Under the pieces are notes generated by a model. The model saw nothing but the letters and a program-made list of their open reading frames with translations, was not told the DNA's origin and did not search any database. A stretch of 64,000 nucleotides of DNA, taken from Spirochaetia bacterium. Lineage in GTDB: Bacteria; Spirochaetota; Spirochaetia; SZUA-6; Bin103. This document shows, in pieces, positions 28,780-38,508 of the stretch. Location: the NCBI GenBank assembly GCA_965203055.1, contig OZ241863.1:32001-96000 (forward strand), written 5' to 3'. The translations under genes and the position numbers were made by a program. Numbering within the stretch: position 1 is the stretch's first letter; each line of letters starts with the position of its first letter.

Positions 28780-30910
28780 ATTCGCCCGCCTCCGGCCCGG
28801 CCGGCTCCCGTTCCGCGGCGCGCGCCCGCCGCTGCAGCGCCTCCTGGGCGCGTACCGCGCGGCGCCCCTCCGGCTGCCGCGTGCGGTAGCGGCCGTCGGG
28901 CAGCAACTCGTAGGAGTGGCAGTTGTCGGCGAAGTACAGCTCCAGGATCCGCACCAGCCGGCGGCGCAGATCGGGCTGCTCCACCGGGAACATCAGCTCC
29001 ACCCGGCGGTCCAGGTTGCGCGGCATCCAGTCGGCGCTGGCCAGGTAGACCTGCTCGCCGCCGCCGTTGCGGAAGTAGATGATGCGGCTGTGCTCGAGGA
29101 AGCGGTCGACGATGCTGACCACGCGAATGTTCTCGCTGAGGCCGGCGACCCGGGGCCGCAGCAGGCACACGCCGCGGACGTTGAGCAACACCGTCACGCC
29201 GGCGCGGGAGGCGGCGTAGAGCGCGGCGATCACCTCCTCGTCGGAGAGGGAGTTCATCTTCGCCATGATCAGGCCGCGGCCGTCCGCCCGGGCGGCCTCG
29301 CGCTCGATGCCGGTGAGCAGGGCGCGCTTGAGGGCGGTCGGGGCCATCACCAGGCGCCGGAAGCGCGTTCCCGACGAGTACCCGGTAATGGTGTTGAAGA
29401 ACAACGTCGCCTCGTGGGCGAGCTCCTCCCGCGCGGTGAGCAGGCTGAGGTCGGTGTAGAGGCGCGCCGTGGTGTCATGGTAGTTGCCGGTGCCCAGATG
29501 GAGGTAGGTGCGCACGCCGCCGGCCTCGCGGCGCACGATGAGCAGCGCCTTGGCGTGCACCTTGAGGCGCGCGATGCCGTACACCACGATCGCGCCCGCG
29601 CGTTCCAGCCGCGTGGCCCAGTCGATGTTCTGCTGCTCGTCGAAGCGCGCCTTCAGCTCCACCAGCACGGTCACCTGCTTGCCGTTCGCCGCGGCGCGTT
29701 CCAGCGCCCGTACCACCGGCGAGTCGCCGGAGGTGCGGTAGAGGGTCATCTTGACCGCCAGCACCGCCGCGTCCTGGGCCGCGGCCTGCAACAGGCCGAG
29801 GACGTGGTCGAAGGTCTCGAAGGGATGGTGCAACAGCACGTCGCGGCGCCGCAGCACCTCCCAGGGGTCGGCGTCGGCCAGCGCCGGCGCCGGGCGCGGG
29901 CGCCACGGCGGGTAGCGCAGATCGGGACGCTCCAGGTCCGCCAAAGCCCGCAGGCCGGTCAGGTCGGGCGGCGACACCTGATACACGTCCTCCGCCGCCA
30001 CTCCCAGACGCTCGCTGAGCAGGGTGCGCATGGCCGCGGCGGGGGAATCGACCTCCAGCCGTACCACGGCGCTGGAGCGGCGCTCGACCAGCACCGCGGC
30101 CATCGCCTCGATGAAGTCTTCGTCGGTCGCTTCGTCCACCTCCAGGTCGGCGTCGCGGGTGATCCGAAACAGGGCGTGATCGCCGACCCGGCAGCCGGGG
30201 AACAACTGCCCGGCGTGCAGGACGATCGACTCTTCGAGCAGCAGAAAGCACTCCTCGCCCGGGTGCCCGGGAATGGGCCGCAGGCGGTCGAGGCCGCCGG
30301 GGACGGCGACCAGCGCCACCTGCGGCTCCGCCGCGCCGCCGGCGGCAGGCGCCTCGCGGCCGGCGGCCGCGTCCGCGGCGGTCGCGGCGGCCGGCAGCAG
30401 GCGGAACGCAAGATGCAGGCGCAGGCTCGCCAGCGCCGCCGCGGCGCCGCGCTCCATCCGGGTGGTGGCGAGCGCCGGAAAGATGCGGTAGCGGAAGTCG
30501 GCCGCGGCGGTGCGGCGCTGCTCCGCGGTCAGCGCCGCGGCGGGGACGATCCGCACGCCGGCCGCATGCAGTTGCGGAACCAGTTCCGCGTGCCACGTCC
30601 GGTACTGCAACTCGACCACCGCCTGCGCCGCGGCGGCCAGCCGCGCGAACCGCTGCCGGGCTCCGGGAGCGGCGCCCATGCTGCGCTTGAGCGCCGCCAC
30701 CCGCACCATGAAGAACTCGTCGAAGTTGGAACTGACGATGGTCAGGAAGCGCAACCGTTCGAGCAGCGGCACCGCCGGGCGCAGCGCCTGATCGAGCACG
30801 CGCCGGTTGAATTCCACCCAGCTCAGCTCGCGGTCCAGCAGAGTCGCGCCGGCGGCCACTGGCTCGGCTCCGCCCGGGCGCCCGCCGCCGGAGGTATCTC
30901 GTTGCGTCAT
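28751..30910 (-). CDS. ppk1: Polyphosphate kinase 1
   Basis: DRELSWVEFNRRVL, SSNFDEFFMVRV, LLHHPF, KMTLYRTS, ELKARFDE, KVHAK, DRFLEHSR, SADWMPRN. Confidence 0.95.
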   Translation of the reverse strand: MTQRDTSGGGRPGGAEPVAAGATLLDRELSWVEFNRRVLDQALRPAVPLLERLRFLTIVSSNFDEFFMVRVAALKRSMGAAPGARQRFARLAAAAQAVVELQYRTWHAELVPQLHAAGVRIVPAAALTAEQRRTAAADFRYRIFPALATTRMERGAAAALASLRLHLAFRLLPAAATAADAAAGREAPAAGGAAEPQVALVAVPGGLDRLRPIPGHPGEECFLLLEESIVLHAGQLFPGCRVGDHALFRITRDADLEVDEATDEDFIEAMAAVLVERRSSAVVRLEVDSPAAAMRTLLSERLGVAAEDVYQVSPPDLTGLRALADLERPDLRYPPWRPRPAPALADADPWEVLRRRDVLLHHPFETFDHVLGLLQAAAQDAAVLAVKMTLYRTSGDSPVVRALERAAANGKQVTVLVELKARFDEQQNIDWATRLERAGAIVVYGIARLKVHAKALLIVRREAGGVRTYLHLGTGNYHDTTARLYTDLSLLTAREELAHEATLFFNTITGYSSGTRFRRLVMAPTALKRALLTGIEREAARADGRGLIMAKMNSLSDEEVIAALYAASRAGVTVLLNVRGVCLLRPRVAGLSENIRVVSIVDRFLEHSRIIYFRNGGGEQVYLASADWMPRNLDRRVELMFPVEQPDLRRRLVRILELYFADNCHSYELLPDGRYRTRQPEGRRAVRAQEALQRRARAAEREPAGPEAGEFTVRRRPPR

Positions 30911-30931
30911 ATGGTCCAGGATACCATTCCT

Positions 30932-30960
30932 TGACCCGCGCCGCGGCCGCGGATGTAATT
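30932..30960 (+). promoter_or_regulatory. Candidate promoter for ROK-ppx, back-to-back with the ppk1 -10 element
   Basis: TTGACC-17 bp-TGTAAT shortly before ATG 30969; on the minus strand TATCCT lies 7 bp before the ppk1 ATG. Confidence 0.45.
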
Positions 30961-30968
30961 GCCGGGAG

Positions 30969-31946
30969 ATGAAGCGAGAGCTGTACGCCGGGCTGGACCT
31001 GGGCGGGACCAAGATCGCGGCCGCGGTACTGACCGGCGCCGGGCGCAACGTCGGCCAGGCGCGGCTCGACTCGCCGGCCGGGAGCGGCGGCGACACGGTG
31101 GCGGAAACCATGGTGCGCGCCGTGCAGGCGGCGCTGAAGCGCGCCGGGGCCGCGCCCGAGGCGCTGCGCGGGGTCGGCATCGGCGCGCCCGGCCCGCTCG
31201 ACTGGGAGGCGGGCGTGATCCGGTTCGCGCCCAACCTGGGCCTGCGCAACTATCCGCTGCGCGGCTACGTCGAGGAGCGCCTGGGGGTACCGGTAATGCT
31301 CGACAACGACGTCAACCTGGGCACCTACGGAGAATACCTGGCCGGCGCCGCGCGCGGGCAGCGCTACGTCCTGGGGGTGTTCTGCGGTACCGGGGTCGGC
31401 GGCGGGCTGGTGCTGGACGGGCAGGTGTTTCGCGGCGCCAACGGCACCGCCGGGGAGATTGGCCACGTCATCGTCCAACGCGGCGGCGCGCTGTGCGCCT
31501 GCGGCCAGCGCGGCTGCCTGGAGGCCTACGCCAGCCGCAGCGCCATGGCGCGCGATCTGGTGATGCTGGCCAACGTCGGGCAGGCGCCCACGGTGCGCGC
31601 CGCGGCCGGCTCCAGGTTGAAGGCCGTCAAGAGCGGGGTCATCGCCCGGGCGGTCGCCGCCGGCGAGCCGGCGGTCGCCGCGGTGGTGGACCAGGCCGCC
31701 CAGTATCTGGGCGTCGCGCTCGCCAACTGCGTCAACCTGTTCAGCCCCGGAATGGTGGTGCTGGGCGGCGGGCTGGTGGAAAAGCTGGGCGAACGTTGGG
31801 TGCGGCAGGTGGAGCGCTCGCTGCAGCGGCACGCGCTGGAGGCCGCGGTCCGAGGGGTACGCGTGACCGCGGCGCAACTCGGCGACGACGCGGCCATCCA
31901 CGGCGCCGTGGGCGCGTTGCGGGAGATGCTTGGGGAGCGCGGCTGA
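30969..31946 (+). CDS. ROK family sugar kinase (glucokinase-like)
   Basis: GLDLGGTK, DNDVN, GTGVGGG, AGEIGH, CACGQRGCLEAYAS. Confidence 0.92.
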   Translation: MKRELYAGLDLGGTKIAAAVLTGAGRNVGQARLDSPAGSGGDTVAETMVRAVQAALKRAGAAPEALRGVGIGAPGPLDWEAGVIRFAPNLGLRNYPLRGYVEERLGVPVMLDNDVNLGTYGEYLAGAARGQRYVLGVFCGTGVGGGLVLDGQVFRGANGTAGEIGHVIVQRGGALCACGQRGCLEAYASRSAMARDLVMLANVGQAPTVRAAAGSRLKAVKSGVIARAVAAGEPAVAAVVDQAAQYLGVALANCVNLFSPGMVVLGGGLVEKLGERWVRQVERSLQRHALEAAVRGVRVTAAQLGDDAAIHGAVGALREMLGERG

Positions 31947-33502
31947 TGGCCGCGGCGGGGGAGCGCGGGCGGCTGACCGCGGTGCTGGACGTGGGTTCCA
32001 GCTCGTTTCGGCTGATGATCGTAGACCGTCACCCCGACGGCGCCTGGGACGTGGTGGACCGGGCCGTGAAGCCGGTGCCGCTGGGCCGCGACGTGTTCTC
32101 CTCCGGGCGCATCGGGCGCGCTACGCTGACCCGCGGGCTGCAGGTGCTGGGCGGCTTCTGCGAGCTGCTCGCCGGCTGGCGCATCGCGCCGGCGGACACC
32201 CTGGTGATCGGTACCAGCGCCCTCCGCGAAGCGCGCAACGGCGACACCTTCGTCGACCGGGTGGCGTTGCGCACCGGGCTGCGGATCGACGTGGTCGGCG
32301 AAGTGGAGGAAAGCCAACTCACCTATCTCGCGGTACGCCGCGCGGTGGGCACCGAGCTGCCGGCGCTGCTGCGCGCCACCGCCCTGATCGTCGAGGTGGG
32401 CGGCGGGCATACCACGCTGATCCTGGTGAAACGCGGCCACATCTCGGCCCTGCGCACGCTCAAGGTGGGCACCGTACGCATGGGGCGGCCGCTGCAACTC
32501 GCCAGCGCCGATACCCCGCCCCGGCAGATCGTCGAAGAGTCGCTGCGGCCCACGCTGGCCGCGGTGCAGAAGGATCTGCGGCTCGCGCGGGTCGGCACCT
32601 TCATCGCCATCGGCAGCGACGTCAGCCTCCCCGCCGAGGCCGCGGAGAGCCCCGGCGCCAGCCCGATCGCGCGCCTCAGCCGGGCCGACTTCGACCGGTT
32701 CATCGAGGACTCCATTACCAAGCCGGAGGCGGACGTGGCGCGTGATCTGCAGCTCTCCTACAGCGACGCCGAGCTGTTGGTCCCGGGATTGCTGATGTAC
32801 CGTTCGTTCCTGGATCTGACCGCGGCCGAGGAGATGTTCGTCGCCCGGGTAAGCATCCGCGAAGGGGTTCTGCTGCGCCACGGCGCCGCGCCGAGCAGCC
32901 GGACGCCGGGCGAGCTGCGCGCCCAGGTGACCGCCAACGCCATCAGCCTGGGCCGGCGCTACCGCTTCGACGAACGCCACGCCCGGCAGGCGGCGCGGCT
33001 GGCCTGCCGGCTGTTCGACGCCCTGCAGGAGGAGCACGGTCTCGACGCCGACTGCCGCCTGCTGCTCAAAGTGAGCGCCATTCTGCACGACATCGGCATG
33101 GTGATTCGCGCCAGCGGCCATCACAAGCATGGCCACTACATCGTCAACAACTCGGAGATCTTCGGCCTCGACGGCCGCGACCGGGCGATCGTGGCCAACG
33201 TCGTCCGCTACCATCGCCGCGCCCTGCCGTCCCCTTCCCACGCCTCCTACGTGAACCTCACCCGCAGCGACCGCATCGTGGTGAGCAAGTTGGCGGCGCT
33301 GCTGCGGGTGGCGGACGCCCTGGACAGCAGCCACGAGGCGCGCGTCAGCGACCTGCAGGTGGAGAAGACCGAAGCGGAGGTGACCATCGGCTGCCGCGGC
33401 GCCGGCAGCCTGGAGCTCACGACGCTGGCCCTGGAGCGCAAGGCGGATCTGTTTCAGGAGGTATTCGGCCTGCGCGTGCGGCTGGAGCGGATGGCGCCGT
33501 GA
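31946..33502 (+). CDS. ppx: Ppx/GppA exopolyphosphatase with HD domain
   Basis: LDVGSSSFRL, TSALREARN, EVGGG, SIREG, LHDIG, HHKHG, LLRVADALD. Confidence 0.9.
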   Translation: MAAAGERGRLTAVLDVGSSSFRLMIVDRHPDGAWDVVDRAVKPVPLGRDVFSSGRIGRATLTRGLQVLGGFCELLAGWRIAPADTLVIGTSALREARNGDTFVDRVALRTGLRIDVVGEVEESQLTYLAVRRAVGTELPALLRATALIVEVGGGHTTLILVKRGHISALRTLKVGTVRMGRPLQLASADTPPRQIVEESLRPTLAAVQKDLRLARVGTFIAIGSDVSLPAEAAESPGASPIARLSRADFDRFIEDSITKPEADVARDLQLSYSDAELLVPGLLMYRSFLDLTAAEEMFVARVSIREGVLLRHGAAPSSRTPGELRAQVTANAISLGRRYRFDERHARQAARLACRLFDALQEEHGLDADCRLLLKVSAILHDIGMVIRASGHHKHGHYIVNNSEIFGLDGRDRAIVANVVRYHRRALPSPSHASYVNLTRSDRIVVSKLAALLRVADALDSSHEARVSDLQVEKTEAEVTIGCRGAGSLELTTLALERKADLFQEVFGLRVRLERMAP

Positions 33503-33511
33503 CTCGATTGG

Positions 33512-33538
33512 CTTGATCGACTTGATCGACTTGATCGA
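33512..33538. repeat. 9-bp tandem repeat CTTGATCGA x3
   Basis: cttgatcgacttgatcgacttgatcga in the gap between two convergent genes. Confidence 0.8.
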
Positions 33539-33541
33539 GCG

Positions 33542-35224
33542 TTACAGCGCGACCGCCACCCATACCCCGAACAAGTGGTTGGTGGCGCTCTCGCCCTGCT
33601 TGAGGCCGCGGTTGTCGATCCGTTCGATGGCGTAGCTGACCCGCGCCTGCAGCTCCAGGGGCGACGACACCGGAACTCGCGCGCCGGCGGCGACCTCAAG
33701 TTGATAGACGTGCTCCAGCACCCCGGCCAGGAACGGGATCGGTCCCACGAAGGTGGCGCGGCCGGCCGCGTCGTAGCCGTCGTCCCAGATCGAGCCGTCG
33801 TCGTAGGGGCCGGGTTGCGGCAGCCGCGCCGAGGCGTTCCCGTGGCGGATGGCGCGGGCGGTCAGCTCCAGGTCGAGGCCGACCGCCGGCGTCACCAGCG
33901 CCGCCAGGGTCCACTGATCGGAGTTGGGCTGCAGGCCGTTGGCCAACGGCAGCGCGCGATGGGTGTAGGTGAGGTAGTTGATCGGCTGGTGACTGGAGTG
34001 GGTGTACACGTAGGGCGCCGCGTACAGGTAATCGAGGGTCACCGCTCCCACCACGCCGCTCGCCGCCGGGAGGGTCCAGGAGAGCGCCGCCTGCCCGGCG
34101 GTCTTGTTGGCGAACGGGCTGGGATTGAAGGTATCGCCGGCGAACAGCTGGTAGTCGTCGATATACAGGGAAAGCGCCGTACTCAGCCCCCACGGCAGCC
34201 GCGCCCGGGCCGCGACTCCGGCCAGCGTGTTGTCGTAGTCGCCGGTGAACGGCTCGGTAACGAACGCCGTCGGGAGCAGCGAATAGAGGCTCAACCGCGC
34301 CCCGAACAGCGTGCCGGAGAACGCCTCCAGGCCAAGCCAGGGCAGGGCCTGCCACTGCAGCGCATGCAGCATCAGATACTTGGAGGGAAACCCGGCATGC
34401 GCCGGCGGCGGCCGTACGCCGGGCGCGGTGTCGCAGCTGCGGTCCGCGGTGGCGCCCTTGAGGCGGTAGCGCTCCCCGTCGGGGCAGGCCGCCTGTTCGG
34501 CGACCAGATTCAGGAAGGCGGCGGTGTAGGTAACGCGGCTGCCGCGGAACACCGCGGCCACGTGCGCCGCGGGCGGGGCGCCGGCGCCCAGCACCACGCT
34601 GTCGTACAGCGGCGCGCCGAACGCTCCCTGCGCGAAGCCGCCCTGCACGAAGAACCGCCCGGCGGCGAACGCCGCCGTCGCCCGCAGGTCTTCCTTGCCC
34701 TCGAAGCGGGCGCCGCCGAGGGGGAAGTCGGGTCCCGCCCGGGGGAACACCGGCTGCTCCGCCGGGCGGTAGCGCAGCCCGGGCGCGGGCGCGCTCTCCC
34801 ACCAGTAGCGGAACGCGGCGGAATAGGCGAACCGCCCGAACGACGAGGTGGACTCCAGGCCGGCGCCGAACAGCGCCTGCTGATCCGCGCCGGCGGGCAG
34901 CCGGGCGCTGAGGCCGCCGTAGACGGAGGCCGTGAACGGCGGCAGGCCGAGGCCGCCGCCGCCGCCCTCCGGCAGCAGCTCGCGCAGATACGCGGCGGCC
35001 AACTCGCGCTCCGGTCCGGTCGCCGCGGCCTCTACCTGACGCAGCAACTCCACGACCAGTTGCGGCGCGTAGGGCCGCAACGCCGGCAACGGCGCCAGGT
35101 AGCCGCGCTGCTCCCAGATCGCCAGGTGGCGGTAGATGCGGTCCGCCGGGTCGTACAGGGACTGGGCCGCGGCCGGCGCCGCCGCGGCGGCCAACGCCAG
35201 CAGTCCGCTCACTACCCGCGCCAT
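33542..35224 (-). CDS. Exported, probable outer-membrane beta-barrel protein (Wzi-like)
   Basis: Signal peptide ending AAAQ; DRIYRHL..WEQRGYL..LPALRPY N-terminus; amphipathic beta strands; start may be 35296. Confidence 0.55.
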   Translation of the reverse strand: MARVVSGLLALAAAAAPAAAQSLYDPADRIYRHLAIWEQRGYLAPLPALRPYAPQLVVELLRQVEAAATGPERELAAAYLRELLPEGGGGGLGLPPFTASVYGGLSARLPAGADQQALFGAGLESTSSFGRFAYSAAFRYWWESAPAPGLRYRPAEQPVFPRAGPDFPLGGARFEGKEDLRATAAFAAGRFFVQGGFAQGAFGAPLYDSVVLGAGAPPAAHVAAVFRGSRVTYTAAFLNLVAEQAACPDGERYRLKGATADRSCDTAPGVRPPPAHAGFPSKYLMLHALQWQALPWLGLEAFSGTLFGARLSLYSLLPTAFVTEPFTGDYDNTLAGVAARARLPWGLSTALSLYIDDYQLFAGDTFNPSPFANKTAGQAALSWTLPAASGVVGAVTLDYLYAAPYVYTHSSHQPINYLTYTHRALPLANGLQPNSDQWTLAALVTPAVGLDLELTARAIRHGNASARLPQPGPYDDGSIWDDGYDAAGRATFVGPIPFLAGVLEHVYQLEVAAGARVPVSSPLELQARVSYAIERIDNRGLKQGESATNHLFGVWVAVAL

Positions 35225-35292
35225 GGGCCGCAGCCGGCAGGCACGGCGCGCCGGCAGCGGGATACCTTCAGATTCCGGTGAACCTGCCGGTT

Positions 35293-35895
35293 TCAAGCGG
35301 TGGCAACCGCCGGTCTGCTATCTCGTTCCAGGTGTTTCACCAGACCAGGGAATTCGCGGCTCTTGAATAACGCCGTCACGGGCACGTCGTACTTGCTGCG
35401 AAGATTGTCGATCCCGCCCTGCCCGCGATCGATCAACCCCACGATGCCGGCGATCTCGTTGCCGGCGTCCGTCAGCCGGTCACAGGCAAGGAGCGTCGAG
35501 CTTCCGGTCGTGAATACGTCTTCTACGACCATCACTCTGGTCCCGGCGGGCTGTTCGTTTTCGATGTAGTTCCGCGTACCGTGTTGCTTGCGTTCCTTGC
35601 GAACGACGCATCCGTTGACCATCGGGTGACCCCGCTGCGCGGCAAGCTGAATGACGGCGGCAACCAGAAAGTCGGCGCCAATCGAGAGCCCCCCGACCGC
35701 GGTGGGCTGCCGCGGCAGACGATCCGCTGCGCGAAGCAGAAATTCGGCGATCGCCCTGAGCACGCTGCCTTGGAGCACGGCGCGCTTGCAGTCGAAGTAG
35801 AAGCTGGACTGCTGGCCCGTACTCAGGATGAACGGGCCGCCGGTCTGCAGGAGGCATAGCTCCTCGATACGGGTGCGCAGCTCATCCTTGTCCAT
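35293..35895 (-). CDS. pyrE: Orotate phosphoribosyltransferase
   Basis: FILSTGQQSSFYFDCK, VRKERKQHGT, VVEDVFTTGSS, LIDR. Confidence 0.9.
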   Translation of the reverse strand: MDKDELRTRIEELCLLQTGGPFILSTGQQSSFYFDCKRAVLQGSVLRAIAEFLLRAADRLPRQPTAVGGLSIGADFLVAAVIQLAAQRGHPMVNGCVVRKERKQHGTRNYIENEQPAGTRVMVVEDVFTTGSSTLLACDRLTDAGNEIAGIVGLIDRGQGGIDNLRSKYDVPVTALFKSREFPGLVKHLERDSRPAVATA

Positions 35896-35965
35896 CGTCA
35901 CGGCGGTGTCGCTCCTCCCTGGGGTGCCATCGGCAATTCTTGTAGCACGCATGCCGCCGGCGGCG

Positions 35966-36952
35966 CTACAGGGCGTCGCTCAGGGGCGGTACCCCGACCG
36001 CGTCGACGATGCCGGCTATGAACTCCTCCTCGCTGACCCGCTGCGCCTGGCCCTCGGCCTGCAGGATGATGCGCTTGCGCAACACCGGACCGGCGACTTC
36101 CTGAATGTCCTCGGGGGTGACGTAATCGCGGTCGCGCAGCGCGGCCAGCGCCTGCGCCGCCTTGTACAGGGCCAGGGAGCCGCGCGGCGACACGCCCAGG
36201 GCCAGGCGGCGGTCGCGGCGGGTGGCGCCCACCAGCGCCAGAACGTAGGCGCGCAACGACTCGTCGACGTGCACCTGCAGCACCCGCTGCTGCATCTCCC
36301 GCAAGGTGTCGAGGTCCGCCACCGGGCGGATGCGGGTCAACGGGTGGCGCGGCTGGCGGCCAATCCCCATCACCGCCCGCTCCGCCTCGCGGTCGGGGTA
36401 GCCGATCGACACCGTCATGAAGAAGCGGTCCTTCTGCACTTCCGGCAGCGGAAACGTGCCCTCGGCATCGCCGGGACTCTCGGTGGCGATCAGGAAGAAC
36501 GGATCGGGCAGCGGCCGGCTGGTGCCCTCCACGCTGACCTGCCCCTCGGCCATCGCCTCCAGCAGCGCCGATTGCGTGCGCGGCGTGGCGCGGTTGATTT
36601 CGTCCACCAGCAGGATGTTGGTGATGATCGGTCCCTCCCGGAAGGTGAACTCCCCGCTTTGGGGATTGTAGATCGACACCCCCAGCACGTCCGCCGGCAG
36701 CAGGTCGGGGGTGCACTGCACCTGCTTGAACATGCCGCCGACGGTGTTGGCCAAGGCCCGGGCCAGCACCGTCTTGCCTACCCCCGGAACGTCCTCGATC
36801 AGCACGTGGCCGCGGCACAGGAGCGCGACCAGCACCTTCTCGGTGACCTCGTCCTTGCCGTAGAACGCCGCGCGCACCGCCTGCGACACCTGCTGCGCCC
36901 ACTGCGCCACCGGCCCGCGGCGGCGCTCGCCGCCGCCGTTCGCCGGCGTCAT
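35966..36952 (-). CDS. MoxR family AAA+ ATPase
   Basis: GHVLIEDVPGVGKT, QCTPDLLPAD, VDEINRATPRTQSALLEAM, GVSPRG. Confidence 0.92.
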   Translation of the reverse strand: MTPANGGGERRRGPVAQWAQQVSQAVRAAFYGKDEVTEKVLVALLCRGHVLIEDVPGVGKTVLARALANTVGGMFKQVQCTPDLLPADVLGVSIYNPQSGEFTFREGPIITNILLVDEINRATPRTQSALLEAMAEGQVSVEGTSRPLPDPFFLIATESPGDAEGTFPLPEVQKDRFFMTVSIGYPDREAERAVMGIGRQPRHPLTRIRPVADLDTLREMQQRVLQVHVDESLRAYVLALVGATRRDRRLALGVSPRGSLALYKAAQALAALRDRDYVTPEDIQEVAGPVLRKRIILQAEGQAQRVSEEEFIAGIVDAVGVPPLSDAL

Positions 36953-38508
36953 TGGCCCGCTCCCCGCCGGCGCAGCAGGCCGCGCACCAGCCCCTGGAAA
37001 CGGGCGCTGCGCTCGCCGCTGGCGCCGTGCGCCGAATACACCAGCTCCTCGAACAGCACCCCCGCGGCCTCCAACTCGGCGCGCCGCTCCGGCAGCCGCG
37101 CACCCAGCGCGCGCACGTAGGCGAGGGGCGCCGCGCTGCGCCGAAACGGCACCCCGGAGCGCTCCCCCCAGCGGATCAGGCGCACGAACCCGCGCACCGC
37201 GGCGCCGTGGGCGCCGCGCCGCAGACGCAGGCGCACCGCGCGCCGCGCCTGCGTCTGCCGGCGGCGCTCGCGCGCCGCCCCGGCAACCGTTGCGGCCAGC
37301 CGCTGCGCGGCGCCGCGCGGCGCCGCCAACATGCGCCGCGCCACCGCCCGGGCGGCGGCGGCGGCGTGCCGCAGCCCGCGCGCAATGCCGCCCACCAAGG
37401 CGGCCAGCGAGAACCCGCGCAACAGCTCGCCCAGGTCGCGGGAGAACAGCGGCCGCACCAGAAATACGATCAGCCCGAGGCCCAGGGCGATCAGCAGCGT
37501 GACCAGCAGCGCCTGGAACAGGCGCGCCGCCAGATCGGACTGCTCCCCCGGTTCGCCCGGCAGCGCCATCGACTCGAACCCGCGCTCCTCCCCCGGCGAC
37601 TCCGAACCGGCGCTGCGCACCTGCGGCCGGCGCGTCTCCAGCGGCCCGTCCGGGGTCAGCAGGTCGTTCAACCAGGCGAAGAACGCTTCCAGGTAGCTGG
37701 CCGGCAGCGGCGGTTCGGCGCCCACCAGCGGCCAGGTGACCAGCGCCGCCAGCGCCGCGAACAGCAGCGCCGCGCCGACCCGCCGGCGCCGCAGGGAGGG
37801 AGGCAGTACGAAGCCGCCCCCGAAGTAGCCCTGTTCCTCCAGATAGCCGTTCAGCACCGCGGTGCAGGTGATCCCCAGGGCCAGGTGCAGCAGCACCAGC
37901 AGCAGCACGCCGGCCGGGATCCCGCGCCCGCCGAGCAGCGCCGCGAACACTGCCAGCAGGATCAGGGTCTGGAACCAGATGGCGACCCGCTTCACCTGCC
38001 GCATGCGGGCCACCGACTCGCCCGCCTCCGCCGAGTAGGAGCGCACCGCGGTGCGCAGCTCCCGGCCCTGCTTGCCGATGAGGAGGCGCAGGAAGATCTC
38101 GCGCTCGCGGAAGGCGCGGTGCAGCCCGAAGCTGGTGAACCACATGACCAGCACCAGCGCCAGGGCGTAGATCACCTCTGCCTTGGGCGGCAGCAGGTCA
38201 CCCGCGAACAGGTAGCCGCCGGCGGCCAGGAAGATCGCCGCGGCCAGGATCAGGATCACCAACAGCTCGCGCAGGCGCGGCAGCGCGCTGCCCAGCTTTT
38301 CCCTGTGCAGGGCGTTGGCCACCGCCGCCTGCGCGCCGCCGGTCAACAGCAGCACCAACACCGTGCCGGGCGGATTGGGCGGCAGCGCCAGATCCAGCAC
38401 CAACCGGCGCAGCAGCAGATCCAGCAGCACCAGAAACAGAAACGGGATGGCCGCCGCCAGCGCGGGGTGGATGGCGGCGCGGTACACCGCCAGCCGGCGT
38501 TCATCCAC
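36949..38508 (-). CDS. Multi-pass membrane protein, possible C-terminal DUF4129-like domain
   Basis: Many hydrophobic segments; C-terminal FEELVYS motif; operonic with MoxR and DUF58. Confidence 0.6.
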   Translation of the reverse strand: MDERRLAVYRAAIHPALAAAIPFLFLVLLDLLLRRLVLDLALPPNPPGTVLVLLLTGGAQAAVANALHREKLGSALPRLRELLVILILAAAIFLAAGGYLFAGDLLPPKAEVIYALALVLVMWFTSFGLHRAFREREIFLRLLIGKQGRELRTAVRSYSAEAGESVARMRQVKRVAIWFQTLILLAVFAALLGGRGIPAGVLLLVLLHLALGITCTAVLNGYLEEQGYFGGGFVLPPSLRRRRVGAALLFAALAALVTWPLVGAEPPLPASYLEAFFAWLNDLLTPDGPLETRRPQVRSAGSESPGEERGFESMALPGEPGEQSDLAARLFQALLVTLLIALGLGLIVFLVRPLFSRDLGELLRGFSLAALVGGIARGLRHAAAAARAVARRMLAAPRGAAQRLAATVAGAARERRRQTQARRAVRLRLRRGAHGAAVRGFVRLIRWGERSGVPFRRSAAPLAYVRALGARLPERRAELEAAGVLFEELVYSAHGASGERSARFQGLVRGLLRRRGAGQ

